Positions 38,527 through 39,337 of a DNA stretch of 39,337 nt are shown piece by piece. Origin of the DNA: a virus (lineage: Duplodnaviria > Caudoviricetes); the IMG/VR virus record IMGVR_UViG_3300033402_000781, positions 1-39,337 of that record. One strand, given 5' to 3'. Below the pieces are notes generated by a model. It was given only the letters and a program-made list of their open reading frames with translations. It was not told where the DNA came from and did no database searches. The first letter of the stretch is position 1. Every line of letters begins with the position of its first letter. A program made the position numbers and the translations under genes.

Positions 38527-38557
38527 CATTTACATCTGTACCCCAGTACAATGGTGG

Positions 38558-38736
38558 TGTCTAGATTGCAGATGAGCGAACGCAAGTTCGCGTAGTTAAG
38601 CCATAGTAATGGGCAGCTACGCGAAAAGCAGGCTTAACGGCTTGTCTGCGATCTAGACAGTCACTAGCGTGGCTGTCCATTTTTATATATAAGGGCAGCC
38701 TCCGATAAATAACAAAGCCTTTAGGAGGGGCTGTCC
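38558..38736 (+). ncRNA. structured 5' leader of the DUF4352 gene (multibranch RNA plus alternative RBS-sequestering stems)
   Basis: 20-bp closing stem 38558-38577/38640-38659 with G-U pairs, GCGAAC-GCAA-GTTCGC hairpin; GGGCAGCC can pair with either GGCTGTCC copy (38671, 38729); TACAAT at 38547. Confidence 0.6.
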
Positions 38737-38737
38737 A

Positions 38738-39337
38738 ATGAGTAAAGATAAAAGTAATAAAGGGTGGTTTGGTAGACATAAAGTCTTAACCATAGTAGGT
38801 GTTATTGTAGTGCTGATAATTATCGGATCAGCGGCTGCAAGTAATAACAAAACAACTGTAAACACAACGGCAAGTACATCTAATAGCGGTTCAAGTAGCA
38901 AATCCGGTTCGAATACATCAAATCCTACAGCACACGTTGGTGCAACGGTAGATGTGGGCGGTGGTAAAGGATTAGCTGTAACACTAAATCAGGTAATAGA
39001 TCCTGCTAGCGGAGCAGATCAGTACACCACGCCTAATGCTGGTGATAGGTTCGTAGCAGTAGATATTAAGATCGTTAACAATGGTACCGCAGCTTTCAGT
39101 GATGACGCTAACAGTGACGTCACTTTAATAGGAACTGATAATCAGAGTTATACAGCAGACTTTGATAACGTTAACGAGTGTACAAACTTTAATAGCGGGC
39201 AATACACATTAGCTCCAGGAGAAAGTACAACTGGTTGTGTAGTTTTCCAAGTTCCAGACGCTGTTAATACGGCTAAAGTACAGTTCCAAATCCAAAGTGG
39301 ATTGTCACAAAGCACTGGTGAGTGGTTAGTGCCTTAA
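38738..39337 (+). CDS. membrane-anchored DUF4352 protein
   Basis: N-terminal GWFGRHKVLT + TM helix as in 10914-11486, S/T/N linker, RFVAVDIKIVNNG..LAPGESTTGCVVFQVP; AGGAGG RBS. Confidence 0.8.
   Translation: MSKDKSNKGWFGRHKVLTIVGVIVVLIIIGSAAASNNKTTVNTTASTSNSGSSSKSGSNTSNPTAHVGATVDVGGGKGLAVTLNQVIDPASGADQYTTPNAGDRFVAVDIKIVNNGTAAFSDDANSDVTLIGTDNQSYTADFDNVNECTNFNSGQYTLAPGESTTGCVVFQVPDAVNTAKVQFQIQSGLSQSTGEWLVP

Noticed and set aside
38561-38901. Two minus-strand 72-aa ORFs
   Set aside because: Antisense to the DUF4352 gene and its structured leader; no coding features

Overview
The window looks like a CPR/Patescibacteria (probably Saccharibacteria-like) chromosome segment; this is inferred from gene content, and genetic code 11 is used. 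A short core stretch (tRNA-Ser(CGA), a membrane-anchored Clp ATPase and a small membrane gene, ~20.2-23.1 kb) is flanked by two related integrative elements. Each element has a near-identical large serine recombinase, a ParB-methyltransferase / methyltransferase / HTH / terminase large subunit module without capsid or tail genes, a DUF4352 surface protein and its own diversity-generating retroelement (DGR). Element 1 (1042-20247) appears integrated at the 3' end of tRNA-Ser via a TGGCGGA core with inverted arms. Element 2 starts at 23159 and runs off the window. DGR1 uses one template to diversify two paralogous targets. These end the two arms of a mirror-symmetric locus (target<-vWA <-> MoxR AAA->target) with overlapping divergent promoters, and they share an identical 158-bp 5' inverted repeat. 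DGR2 has one target, and its reverse transcriptase contains an in-frame (GACA)24 microsatellite just upstream of the catalytic motifs, a candidate phase-variable ON/OFF switch for hypermutation. In both DGRs the avd gene is inverted, lies between TR and RT, and overlaps the RT start head-to-head by exactly 20 bp. All alignments were done by eye and no database searches were run.
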